Shown: in pieces, positions 30,660-39,700 of the stretch | Numbering within the stretch: position 1 is the first letter of the stretch | How the letters are laid out: every line of letters starts with the position of its first letter | Source of the DNA: Snowella sp. | GTDB lineage: Bacteria; Cyanobacteriota; Cyanobacteriia; Cyanobacteriales; Microcystaceae | Assembly (NCBI GenBank): GCA_035285545.1 | Contig: JAYKGY010000105.1 | Coordinates: 1 to 64,000 of the forward strand | DNA: 64,000 nt | Reading direction: 5' to 3' | The notes under the pieces: model-generated | What the model saw: the letters and a program-made list of their open reading frames with translations, nothing else | Databases searched by the model: none | What the model was told of the DNA's origin: nothing | Translations under genes and position numbers: made by a program

Positions 30660-31784
30660 TTAGATGGCTTCTTTGAGAGCATAAACGATTTGCTCTTGTT
30701 CTTCAAGGGTAATCCCAGGAAACATCGGTAAAGATAGCACTTCAAGGGCAATAGACTCTGTTTGAGGTAAGGAGCCTTGAGGATACCCTAAATGCTGATA
30801 AACCGATTGTCGATGTAAGGGAATGGGGTAATAGACCATTGAAATTACGCCCAATTCTTGCAATTTCTCGCGGACGCGATCGCGCTTTGTGGGATTCAAG
30901 GCATCATTCTGAATACGAATCGTGTATTGATTCCAAACGTGTTCTCCGCCTGTAATTTCCAGCGGTAAAATCAGACCAGGAATCGGGGCAAGGAGTTCGG
31001 TATAGCGAGAAGCAGCTTCCCGTCGTTGCTGATTCCATTCGTCTAGGTGACGTAATTTAACTTGTAAAATTGCAGCTTGCAGAGAATCTAAACGGCTATT
31101 GATTCCAATGGCTTCGTGATAATAGCGTTGACGGCTACCGTGTTCCTTGAGCATACGAATTTTAGCCGCCAGTTCGGGATCATCGGTGGTAACAGCCCCT
31201 CCATCGCCACACCCCCCTAAATTTTTCGTGGGAAAGAAACTAAAGGCGTTAATGTGTCCCCAACTTCCCACCTGTTTTCCCTGCCATTTGGCTCCTGTAG
31301 CTTGGGCGCAGTCTTCGATAACAAATAATTGATGTTTTTCGGCGATCGCTGTTACCGCACTCATATCGACGGGTTGGCCAAACAGATGAACGGGAATAAT
31401 CGCTTTCGTTTTCGGGGTAATGGCGGCTTCAATTTTCTGGGGATCGAGATTAAAGGTGAGGGGATCAATCTCCACAAAAACGGGGGTTGCTCCGGCCAGA
31501 GAAACCACTTCTGCGGTGGCAAAAAAGGTAAAAGCCGGCGTAATCACTTCATCCCCTGCCCCAATCCCTAAGGCCAATAGGGCTAAATACAGTGCGTCGG
31601 TTCCAGAGTTACAGCCAATGCATTCCTTTGTCCCCACGTAGGCCCCAAAGGCTTTTTCAAAGTCACTGACAACGGGGCCACCAATATAATAACCAGACCG
31701 TAAAACGTCTAAAACCGCAGCGTCTGTTTCTTCAGCAATTTGTTGGTATTGACGGGCCAGATCGACAGGGGGGATCTTCTTCAC
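30660..31784 (-). CDS. DegT/DnrJ/EryC1/StrS aminotransferase
   Basis: NSGTDAL, EDCAQA, SFFPTKNLG. Confidence 0.93.
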   Translation of the reverse strand: MKKIPPVDLARQYQQIAEETDAAVLDVLRSGYYIGGPVVSDFEKAFGAYVGTKECIGCNSGTDALYLALLALGIGAGDEVITPAFTFFATAEVVSLAGATPVFVEIDPLTFNLDPQKIEAAITPKTKAIIPVHLFGQPVDMSAVTAIAEKHQLFVIEDCAQATGAKWQGKQVGSWGHINAFSFFPTKNLGGCGDGGAVTTDDPELAAKIRMLKEHGSRQRYYHEAIGINSRLDSLQAAILQVKLRHLDEWNQQRREAASRYTELLAPIPGLILPLEITGGEHVWNQYTIRIQNDALNPTKRDRVREKLQELGVISMVYYPIPLHRQSVYQHLGYPQGSLPQTESIALEVLSLPMFPGITLEEQEQIVYALKEAI

Positions 31785-31860
31785 GCGCTTTAACTATAAG
31801 AAATTTATACTTAATCAAAGCAAACTTTGGACAAAATGGGAAGGCAGTGAGGGGATTTCT

Positions 31861-32643
31861 ATGGGTCAACCGATCATTGAATTGGATGGGATCGATCTGG
31901 CTTGGACGCTGGGATTAATGGGTTTAGCGATGGTTCTGGCGTTTTGGCAACGGTTGGATCTGTCGGGGCAACTGTTTATCGCCACGATGCGATCGCTGTT
32001 GCAGTTGTTGGTGGTCGGTTACTTTTTAGCCGTTATTTTTGCTATTAACCATCCCCTGGCGGTTTTGGGAATTTTAGGGGTAATGCTCACCATTGCGGCG
32101 ATCGCGGCCAAAAATCGGATTAGTCAGCGCATTCAGGGCCTATTCCCGTTAGTGTTGGGATCACTGTTTATCAGTACGACGTTAACCCTGAGCTATGCCA
32201 TTTTCATCATTATTCAGCCCCCCAGTTGGTATTCTCCCCAATATGTGATTCCCTTAGCCGGTATGGTGCTGGGAAACGCCCTCAATAGTGCCTCCTTAGC
32301 CGGAGAACGGTTAGTGAGTTTGATTCAACAAAATCAACGAGAAGTCGAGACCCATCTTTGTTTGGGAGCCTCCCCAAAACAGGCGATCGCGACCTATCAA
32401 AAAACCGCCATTCGAGCTAGCTTGATTCCGACTATTAATCAAATGATGGTAGTAGGTATCGTGAGTTTACCCGGAATGTTTACGGGGCAAGTGTTAGCAG
32501 GAATTGATCCCCTCAATGCGGTTTCCTACCAAATTCTCATTTTATTTATGATTGCCTTTACCAATTTAGTGACAGCCATTTTGGTCACCGGAGGGGTTTA
32601 TCGCAAATTTTTTAATGAACATCTACAATTAGTCACGAATTAG
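31861..32643 (+). CDS. fetB: FetB/UPF0014 ABC-type permease
   Basis: R...QLL.VGY, IPLAGMVLGN, GIVSLPGMFTGQ. Confidence 0.88.
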   Translation: MGQPIIELDGIDLAWTLGLMGLAMVLAFWQRLDLSGQLFIATMRSLLQLLVVGYFLAVIFAINHPLAVLGILGVMLTIAAIAAKNRISQRIQGLFPLVLGSLFISTTLTLSYAIFIIIQPPSWYSPQYVIPLAGMVLGNALNSASLAGERLVSLIQQNQREVETHLCLGASPKQAIATYQKTAIRASLIPTINQMMVVGIVSLPGMFTGQVLAGIDPLNAVSYQILILFMIAFTNLVTAILVTGGVYRKFFNEHLQLVTN

Positions 32644-33381
32644 CCCAAAGTGCGCGATCGCGTCCAAAATTCCGTCGGCATAGGAGGAAGGAGCGTAATA
32701 AATATGGGGATTAGCTTGCTGTTGATACCAACTGAGCAATTCCGGTTGGGCATTATGGACAATCACCCCTAAGGTCGAATGCTGGTATAAACTTAAATCA
32801 TTCCCCGAATCACCGCACATTAGGGTTCTTTCTAAGGGAATTTGAAATTTTTCTCGAATATACAGGGCTGCTGTCCCCTTATCAACCCCAGGGGGCAAAA
32901 TATCCACATCTCGACCACTACTAAACACCACATTTGCCGCTAAGTGATTACGCATCAAATCCTGTTTTAAATCGTCTAAAATTGCTGAATTTACGGACTT
33001 TGAGAGGCAAAAACTAATTTTCCAAGGATTTAATTCACTTTCGGGTTGGGGCAACAATTGGGGATAGGCTTGGGTAATCGGTAAAATCGCGCTTCGGTTC
33101 CAATTTTGAGAAATTTTAGCGGCCCAATCGTAGTCTAAGATCCCCTGGTGATAGATTTCGCTACCTACCCCCGTAATGAAACAATCGGGAGCCAGTAAGG
33201 GTTCCCCCGTGGTTAACCAAAACTCTCGCATTAAGTTAACTGCGGAGGCAAAAGACCGACCCGTCGCATACACTAGATAAAAGCGATCACGTTCAGCTTG
33301 TAGTTTTTTTTGGAGCCGAATGGTAGCAGCATCATTACCCACCCAAGTATTATCTAAATCCGAAATAATTAAAAATTTCAT
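32629..33381 (-). CDS. spp: Sucrose-phosphate phosphatase (HAD IIB)
   Basis: ISDLDNTWVG, YATGRS, VGSEIY, DKG, CGDSGND. Confidence 0.92.
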   Translation of the reverse strand: MKFLIISDLDNTWVGNDAATIRLQKKLQAERDRFYLVYATGRSFASAVNLMREFWLTTGEPLLAPDCFITGVGSEIYHQGILDYDWAAKISQNWNRSAILPITQAYPQLLPQPESELNPWKISFCLSKSVNSAILDDLKQDLMRNHLAANVVFSSGRDVDILPPGVDKGTAALYIREKFQIPLERTLMCGDSGNDLSLYQHSTLGVIVHNAQPELLSWYQQQANPHIYYAPSSYADGILDAIAHFGLIRD

Positions 33382-33456
33382 TTTTTATCTTTATTTAAAA
33401 TAATTTGACAGCCATTATAAAATAATTTGATTAAAATTTTAATAAATTAATTCACA

Positions 33457-33627
33457 GAAAATAGAATTTACCGCTAAGGACATAATAGTATTAAGTAGTC
33501 ATGCAAAATAAATTACCTACTAGATAAGCCTAGAAGCCTTGCTATACAAGGATCGCTATGTGTAAATAATTTTGCCGAGGTACTTATGTTCCTACATAAT
33601 TTTTATTTAATGTCTATTAAATTGCTC
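33457..33627. repeat. Dispersed repeat copy 2, interrupted by a MITE
   Basis: CGCTAAGGACATAATAGTATTA ... TATGTTCCTAC matches 26688-26718 once 33494-33586 is removed. Confidence 0.75.
33494..33584. mobile_element. 91-bp IS630/Tc1-type MITE with TA target duplication
   Basis: TIRs AGTAGTCATGCAAAATAAATTAC and reverse-complement AGTACCTCGGCAAAATTATTTAC (16/23 identical); TA at 33492-33493 and 33585-33586. Confidence 0.8.
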
Positions 33628-33673
33628 TAATTACTAATTAATTTTTGACCTTAAAATTAGCAATTAATTAACA

Positions 33674-35137
33674 ATGTTAAAACAAGAAAGCAAAGTTATT
33701 CAAACCGCAAAATCCTTATTATATGATCGGGCACTGGTCAAACTTGATAATTCCTTTGTGGGAGCTATTGCCGCGATCGCGCTTCAACCAGAACCTGATC
33801 TGAATTATACAGAAGTCTTTATTCGGGATAATGTCCCGGTCATGATTTATCTCTTACTCGAAGGGAAATCCGAGATTGTGCGGCATTTTTTGGAGATGTG
33901 CCTAGAACTCCAGAGCCACGACTTTCCCACAACCGGCGTTTTTCCCACCAGTTTTACCGAAATTAACGGGGAAATTAAGGTCGATTACGGTCAACGGGCC
34001 ATTGGTCGGGTCTGTTCGGTTGATGCGTCGCTGTGGTGGACGATTTTGGCCTATGTCTATGTTCAATGGACAAAAGATGAAGCCTGGGCATTGTCTTTTA
34101 AAGTCCAGTCAGGATTAGAGAAATTGATTGATCTGATTCTCCAGCCGAGTTTCCGCGATGCGCCGACGCTCTATGTGCCCGATGGAGCCTTTATGATTGA
34201 TCGTCCTTTGGATGTGTGGGGAACGCCCTTAGAAATTCAGGTCTTACTTTACGGTGCCCTCAAAAGCGCGATCGCCTTAATGGCCTTACCTGGGAAAAAT
34301 CAAGATGAAGCGTCAACCCAAGAAACATTAGGCTTACAAAAAATCAAAAAAATTAAGGTGGGAATTAACTGGCTCAAGCAATTGAGAAGCTATTTATTAA
34401 AACACTATTGGTTAAACGGCAATATTGTACAAACCCTTAGAAAACGACCCACAGAACAATACGGAGAAGCGGTGATTAATGAATACAATATTCAGACGGA
34501 AACCATTCCCAATTGGCTCCAATCTTGGCTAAAAAATCAAGGCGGTTATTTAATTGGTAATATTCGGACAGGTCGGCCAGACTTTCGTTTTTTTAGTTTG
34601 GGAAATTGTTTAGGGGCGATTTTTGATGTTACGAGCTATTCCCAACAACTGGCATTTTTCCGTTTTTTAATTACTAATCAGAACGAACTTTGTGCAGAAA
34701 TGCCCCTCAGAATTTGTCATCCGCCCTTAGAAGAAAACCGTTGGAAATATTTCACTGGTTATGACCGCAAAAATCTCCCCTGGTCTTACCACAATGGGGG
34801 ACATTGGCCCTGTTTATTTTGGTTTTTAGTGGTTGCCGTTTTACGTCAAAAAGAAATTTCTCCTGATGCCAAAAATCCGAGTGAAATTTTAGAAATTGAG
34901 GCTTTATTAAATAAAAATTATGAGCTATTGCTCTATCGTTTACCGAAGCAGAAATGGGCTGAATATTTTGATGGCCCAACGGGGTTATGGGTGGGGCAAC
35001 AGGCGAGAACCTATCAAACCTGGACGATTGTAGGGTTGCTCTTAGTCCACCATTTTCTCAATTTTCCCGAAGATAGTCATATTCTGAGCTTACCGAGCTT
35101 GAAGTTTTTCCATGATTTAGAGTTACGGTTAGGTTAA
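33674..35137 (+). CDS. Alkaline/neutral invertase (GH100)
   Basis: NYTEVFIRD, DYGQRAIGRV.SVDASLWW, PDGAFMIDR, YHNGGHWP, W.EYFDG. Confidence 0.93.
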   Translation: MLKQESKVIQTAKSLLYDRALVKLDNSFVGAIAAIALQPEPDLNYTEVFIRDNVPVMIYLLLEGKSEIVRHFLEMCLELQSHDFPTTGVFPTSFTEINGEIKVDYGQRAIGRVCSVDASLWWTILAYVYVQWTKDEAWALSFKVQSGLEKLIDLILQPSFRDAPTLYVPDGAFMIDRPLDVWGTPLEIQVLLYGALKSAIALMALPGKNQDEASTQETLGLQKIKKIKVGINWLKQLRSYLLKHYWLNGNIVQTLRKRPTEQYGEAVINEYNIQTETIPNWLQSWLKNQGGYLIGNIRTGRPDFRFFSLGNCLGAIFDVTSYSQQLAFFRFLITNQNELCAEMPLRICHPPLEENRWKYFTGYDRKNLPWSYHNGGHWPCLFWFLVVAVLRQKEISPDAKNPSEILEIEALLNKNYELLLYRLPKQKWAEYFDGPTGLWVGQQARTYQTWTIVGLLLVHHFLNFPEDSHILSLPSLKFFHDLELRLG

Positions 35138-35264
35138 TTTGATGAGGCTGTGGATGGACGTTCTCGAAAATATACCGAAGTGCAATAAAGCTTGCTTAAT
35201 AAATCCTCCGCGATATTTCTGAATCTTCCCAAAAGGCGTAAATTTTCGTTGCTTTTTCCTTAAA

Positions 35265-35302
35265 AGTGATCCAAATCACAGCATAAAGTGATCCAAATCA
35301 TG
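35265..35302 (+). promoter_or_regulatory. Tandem CRP (SyCRP1)-like binding sites upstream of the pilin operon
   Basis: AGTGATCCAAATCACA (35265-35280) and AGTGATCCAAATCATG (35287-35302) versus TGTGA-N6-TCACA; 22-bp period. Confidence 0.7.
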
Positions 35303-35364
35303 GAAAATAAGGAACGAGGAAAAATGGTTTCCTAATCTTGGGTTATGGATACATCAGTAAGCTT

Positions 35365-36933
35365 ATGAATCCTATTATTTATTTACTCTTTAAATCTCGT
35401 CGGCCTTTATCCAACCGTGATACTTCCCTCTCTAACAGCGATCGCGGTTTTATGTTGCCCCTGGCGTTGATGATTGGTTTAGTGCTAATTGTGGCGAGTT
35501 TGGGAATGATCGCGTCTTCTCAAAGTGGTCAACGGGACACGAGTTCTCAGAAAACTACCGCAGAGGGGTTGAGTGCGGCAGAAGCGGGGGTGACCCGAAT
35601 CCTTGATTTAGTGAATCAAAATAAATATGTTGCAGAAATTCCTGATTGCGTCGGGACGCGGGATGCTTCGGGGCGATGCCTGGATGATGGGGGAACGGCT
35701 CCTAGCTATACACCGACGAATACGAGTACAAAAAGTTGGGCGAATTACACCTCTACCCATTCCGATGTTCAAGATATTAGTGTTTGCACCAAACCCCCCA
35801 GCCCAGGCGCACCCCTAACTCCTCAACAAGAATTTGCACAAAAAATTAAGGCAGAGGCGATCGTTGTCAATAATCAAACCTGGAAAAACCTCGATCCGTC
35901 TAATCCCAATAAGGGGCAATATCGATTAGTGAGCTATACCTTCGACAGTGCGGCTAATCAGGGGACTTTGACCGTAGAAGGACGAGTTTATGCAACGAAT
36001 GTTAATAGTGCTGGCTCCCGAATTACCGTCAGTTTTCCTGTCCAGCCCAATCAGGTTGCCCCGACGGTTCCAGGGGTTTGGTTGCTTTCGGGTAAAACCA
36101 GTGGCTCTACTTATGATGCAACAGGGAGTAATCAGATTCAGGGCAATGTTTTAGTGAATGATTGCAATATTCCCATTAGCAGCGTGCCGATCGCCCAACC
36201 ATCTCCGCCCCCTTCTCCTCCCTATAGTGTGGCTTACACCAAGCAAACCATGCCGGAGCTTCCTCCCGCAATTTGTACGTCTCCCTCTCCAGGTTGGTCT
36301 TTTCCGTCGCCCTCGCCTTCTCCTGCTGTTTCTTATACGACTCCCGTTAATACCTTAAATGATCCTTCGGGAAATATTGTCTTACCGCGTGCAGGGGATA
36401 CCTCAGTGGCAAGAACCCTTAAAAACGGCACAACAGTGAATATTTATGAATATTGTGTCAATCAGATTACTTCCAGTGGAAATAATGACATTACCATCAC
36501 GCCTGGGCAACGAGTAACCCTTTATCTTCGTGGTGAGATTGGCGGCAATAATGAGATTATCCATTCTTGTTTAGATGCTTCTAATAACCCCATTTCGGGT
36601 TGCAATCCTGCTGATTTTCAAATTTTTGCCTATGGGCAACCTGTCGGTGGTACTCGCCCCAAAATTTGTTTAACCGGAAATCGTAAGTTAGAGGCGTTTA
36701 TCTTGGCTCCTGAATATACCATCGGGGTTGCTGGTTCGGGTGGTGGTGCTGGTGGGGTAAAAGGGACGGTTTGGGCTTACGATTGGTCAAATAGTGGTGG
36801 TTGTGGTTCTAATACGTCTAATATCGTGGTAGAGCAAACGGCATCTTGGGGCGATATGTACGGTATTGGTTTACCGGAAAATCAGCCACCGACTATCCAA
36901 AATCTGGCTAGCTGGAAACGGCAACAACGGTAG
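35365..36933 (+). CDS. Large PilX/GspK-like minor pilin (probable tip adhesin)
   Basis: RG|FMLPLALMIGLVLIV lacking Glu5; AAEAG motif; Cys-rich C-terminal domain with Pro-rich linkers. Confidence 0.8.
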   Translation: MNPIIYLLFKSRRPLSNRDTSLSNSDRGFMLPLALMIGLVLIVASLGMIASSQSGQRDTSSQKTTAEGLSAAEAGVTRILDLVNQNKYVAEIPDCVGTRDASGRCLDDGGTAPSYTPTNTSTKSWANYTSTHSDVQDISVCTKPPSPGAPLTPQQEFAQKIKAEAIVVNNQTWKNLDPSNPNKGQYRLVSYTFDSAANQGTLTVEGRVYATNVNSAGSRITVSFPVQPNQVAPTVPGVWLLSGKTSGSTYDATGSNQIQGNVLVNDCNIPISSVPIAQPSPPPSPPYSVAYTKQTMPELPPAICTSPSPGWSFPSPSPSPAVSYTTPVNTLNDPSGNIVLPRAGDTSVARTLKNGTTVNIYEYCVNQITSSGNNDITITPGQRVTLYLRGEIGGNNEIIHSCLDASNNPISGCNPADFQIFAYGQPVGGTRPKICLTGNRKLEAFILAPEYTIGVAGSGGGAGGVKGTVWAYDWSNSGGCGSNTSNIVVEQTASWGDMYGIGLPENQPPTIQNLASWKRQQR

Positions 36934-36940
36934 TTTTACA

Positions 36941-37522
36941 ATGATCTCCAATAGGTTGATGATTTCTATGGATAAAAAACTGTTACTACTTCTTCTGCGA
37001 TCGCGGCGATCGACCAATCAGGGACTTTCTCTCCTGGAAGTATTAGTAGCCACTATGGTTGTCTTTTTCACCCTCATGGGAGCATTGCAAGGGATGTTAT
37101 ACGCTGCGATCTTTCAGGTAAAAGCAGAAAGGCAAGCCCAAGCCAGCTTTTGGATTCAACAGGATTTAGAACAAGTTAAAGCAAGTGCTGCAACTTACAC
37201 AGATACCAGTGGATGTTCTGGTTCGACAATCGCGACAAACTTTAACAGTTCCGCTAATATGCCAGCCGTTATTGGTAGTAACACTACTCCTATTCAAAAC
37301 CCCAAAAAACTTTTAGGAAAGGATTATCGCCTTGCTCGTATACCGACCCCTAGCGACAATATTTTACGACTAGAATATCGTGTTGGAGAAAATTATGTGC
37401 CAGGTTCAGGACAAACCGATGCAGACAGTGACCTTATTGCAGATGATACACCTCAGAAAACCTCTATTGTGGCAACGCTCTATACAGAAGTTATTCCCGC
37501 CGCCGCGCTCAGTTGCCCGTAA
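36941..37522 (+). CDS. PilV-like minor type IV pilin
   Basis: QG|LSLLEVLVA prepilin motif; WIQQDLE; start uncertain (36941/36959/36968). Confidence 0.82.
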   Translation: MISNRLMISMDKKLLLLLLRSRRSTNQGLSLLEVLVATMVVFFTLMGALQGMLYAAIFQVKAERQAQASFWIQQDLEQVKASAATYTDTSGCSGSTIATNFNSSANMPAVIGSNTTPIQNPKKLLGKDYRLARIPTPSDNILRLEYRVGENYVPGSGQTDADSDLIADDTPQKTSIVATLYTEVIPAAALSCP

Positions 37523-38051
37523 CCAAGGCTGGACATTAATTGAAATGGCAGTTGTTGCCGTGATTGCTGGTATTTTAGCGGTGGTAGCCACTCCTAGTAT
37601 GTTAGGAAGTATGAGAAAAAGTGAGCTTCAAGCTACTGCGAATCAGGTTAAGGGCGCATTACGGGAAGCTCAACGTGCAGCCATTAGAAATGGATCAGGT
37701 TGTACAGCAACAATTAGTTCAACTTCCCCTCAAATTTTAGGTACTACTGCGGGATGTATTACGAGTCCTGTCGCTCTTAGTTCTGGGATAACTCTATCCG
37801 CCACATCAACAACATCAGGAGGTAGTGTCACCAATTTGACCTTACCGCAAAGCCTGAGCTTTTCCTATAAAGGTAATCCTAGTAATGCTGATGAGTTAAC
37901 GTTAATTTTAGCTCCACCAGAGGCAACCGGCTTAACACCAGCACAAATAACCGCACGAGGAATAGAAAGACGCTGTATCGTTATTTCAGTAGGTATAGGA
38001 ATTATGCGATCAGGAACCTATAACGACACTACCTGTACTTCAACACTTTAA
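37443..38051 (+). CDS. FimT/GspH-like minor type IV pilin
   Basis: QG|WTLIEMAVVAVIAGILA..ATPS; LREAQR.AIR; start must overlap the upstream gene. Confidence 0.82.
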   Translation: MIHLRKPLLWQRSIQKLFPPPRSVARNQGWTLIEMAVVAVIAGILAVVATPSMLGSMRKSELQATANQVKGALREAQRAAIRNGSGCTATISSTSPQILGTTAGCITSPVALSSGITLSATSTTSGGSVTNLTLPQSLSFSYKGNPSNADELTLILAPPEATGLTPAQITARGIERRCIVISVGIGIMRSGTYNDTTCTSTL

Positions 38052-38209
38052 AAGATTAACTTTAATCATCAAATGATGACATTTTACAACGGAGGAATCA
38101 TACTTTCAGCGAAAAAAAGCAATATTTTTTCATCGTAGTCTGAAAAATACTGTCAACTTTCATTACAATGCTTGCAAGTCGAGTTTTGTATTATTGGAGA
38201 TAGTAAAAG

Positions 38210-38782
38210 GTGATCAGGACACTTTTCTCTTTAGTCTTTTCCAAAAAAAGAGCTAATACTCTTTCACTGACTCAAACCACTAGACAAGCAGGATGGACGA
38301 TGCTCGAAGTTATGATTGTTTCTATTGTAATTGGGACTTTAGCCTCCCTTGCTATTCCTAACATGGTCAGTATGATGGCTAAAAACCAAGCCCAAAACAC
38401 ACTATTGCAGATTAAGGGAACTTTACGAGAAGCCCAAAGAAATGCTATTAGAATGGGAAAAGAATGTAGGATTTCTATGAGTCCCGATGTTAACCCTACG
38501 TCTCTTACAGTCGATTCTAATCCCCAATATCAAGGATGTTTAAGCAGCGAAGGAGTCGATTTAGAAGGGCTAAGTATGAAAGAAAACTTTCCTGGTACAG
38601 GTATTCGATTTTCATATAAAGGTAATACCAATAATATTGGAACAATTGTTGTTGAATCTTCTAATGCTGCTACCAAATATTGTTTAGTTGTTTCTAATTT
38701 TTTAGGCATTATGAGGCATGGGATTTATCAAGAAGAAACTAGCGGCAGTATATCTGCAAGTCATTGTCAATCAACATTATAG
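38210..38782 (+). CDS. FimT/GspH-like minor type IV pilin (paralogue)
   Basis: AG|WTMLEVMIV..VIG.LA..AIPN; GGAG RBS; GTG start. Confidence 0.85.
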   Translation: MIRTLFSLVFSKKRANTLSLTQTTRQAGWTMLEVMIVSIVIGTLASLAIPNMVSMMAKNQAQNTLLQIKGTLREAQRNAIRMGKECRISMSPDVNPTSLTVDSNPQYQGCLSSEGVDLEGLSMKENFPGTGIRFSYKGNTNNIGTIVVESSNAATKYCLVVSNFLGIMRHGIYQEETSGSISASHCQSTL

Positions 38783-38793
38783 GAATTATTGTT

Positions 38794-39573
38794 ATGAATA
38801 ACTATATTAAATTTTTGATTAAACAGAAAAATGCTGGCTTTACTTTAGTAGAGTTGATCGTTGCCTCAGTAATGACTTTTTTTGTTGTTGGCGGGGCTGG
38901 ATATGGACTATTTATCATGACACGGGAAAATGTTGCTAGTAATGCGGCGAGTGACACTCAATATAATCTCAATCGTGCTGCTGAATTTATTAGTGATGAG
39001 ATCAGAACAGCCAGTGCCATATCAGTCAGTCAAACTCCGGTAACAGTTAGTAGTCCTAATGGTAATTGTGGTACTTTCACGCCTATTTTGACTTTGACAA
39101 TTCCTTTTACGGCAACTTCTGGAAGTTCGGCTGGTACTTCAGCACCTTACACCGTTTATTATTATAGCCAGGCACCAGGTTCACCTTGGTTAGGAACAAA
39201 TGCAATTTATCGCTGCGGGCCAAGCTTACAAGTCACTGGAGCTAATGCTGGAAATGTCAGTACTGATGCAACTACGGGTCTTCCAGTCAGTAGTACATCG
39301 AATATTTTAGTTGATCTAATTGCAACAAATAGTAGTTCAAGTTGTCAAAGTGGCTGGACTGCTAGTGCAGGAACAGGGTTTTTCGCTTGCATAGACAATG
39401 CAAATAACAAATTAATTGAACTTCATTTAGCGAGTTCTGCCCTAGATACACAGTCAAATACTGGACTACGATCAAGTGTTACTGATTCAAGCGGTAATAT
39501 TATTCAAGATGCGCGCTTTACCGAAAAAGCTAATTATTCAATCATAACTAGGGTTGCAGCAAGAGCTAATTAA
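38794..39573 (+). CDS. PilW/GspJ-like minor type IV pilin
   Basis: AG|FTLVELIVA; LNRAAEFISDEIRTA; IYRCGP; AGGA RBS before ATG 38794. Confidence 0.85.
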   Translation: MNNYIKFLIKQKNAGFTLVELIVASVMTFFVVGGAGYGLFIMTRENVASNAASDTQYNLNRAAEFISDEIRTASAISVSQTPVTVSSPNGNCGTFTPILTLTIPFTATSGSSAGTSAPYTVYYYSQAPGSPWLGTNAIYRCGPSLQVTGANAGNVSTDATTGLPVSSTSNILVDLIATNSSSSCQSGWTASAGTGFFACIDNANNKLIELHLASSALDTQSNTGLRSSVTDSSGNIIQDARFTEKANYSIITRVAARAN

Positions 39574-39700
39574 TAGTTAAGTTCTGGACAAAATTAATTA
39601 ACAGCATTAAGCAACGACATCGGATACCCCACATTTTAAGTTAGGATGGAAAATCGCCTGTGATATAAACAAACGATTTTTTAGATAAAGAGGAAATCCC

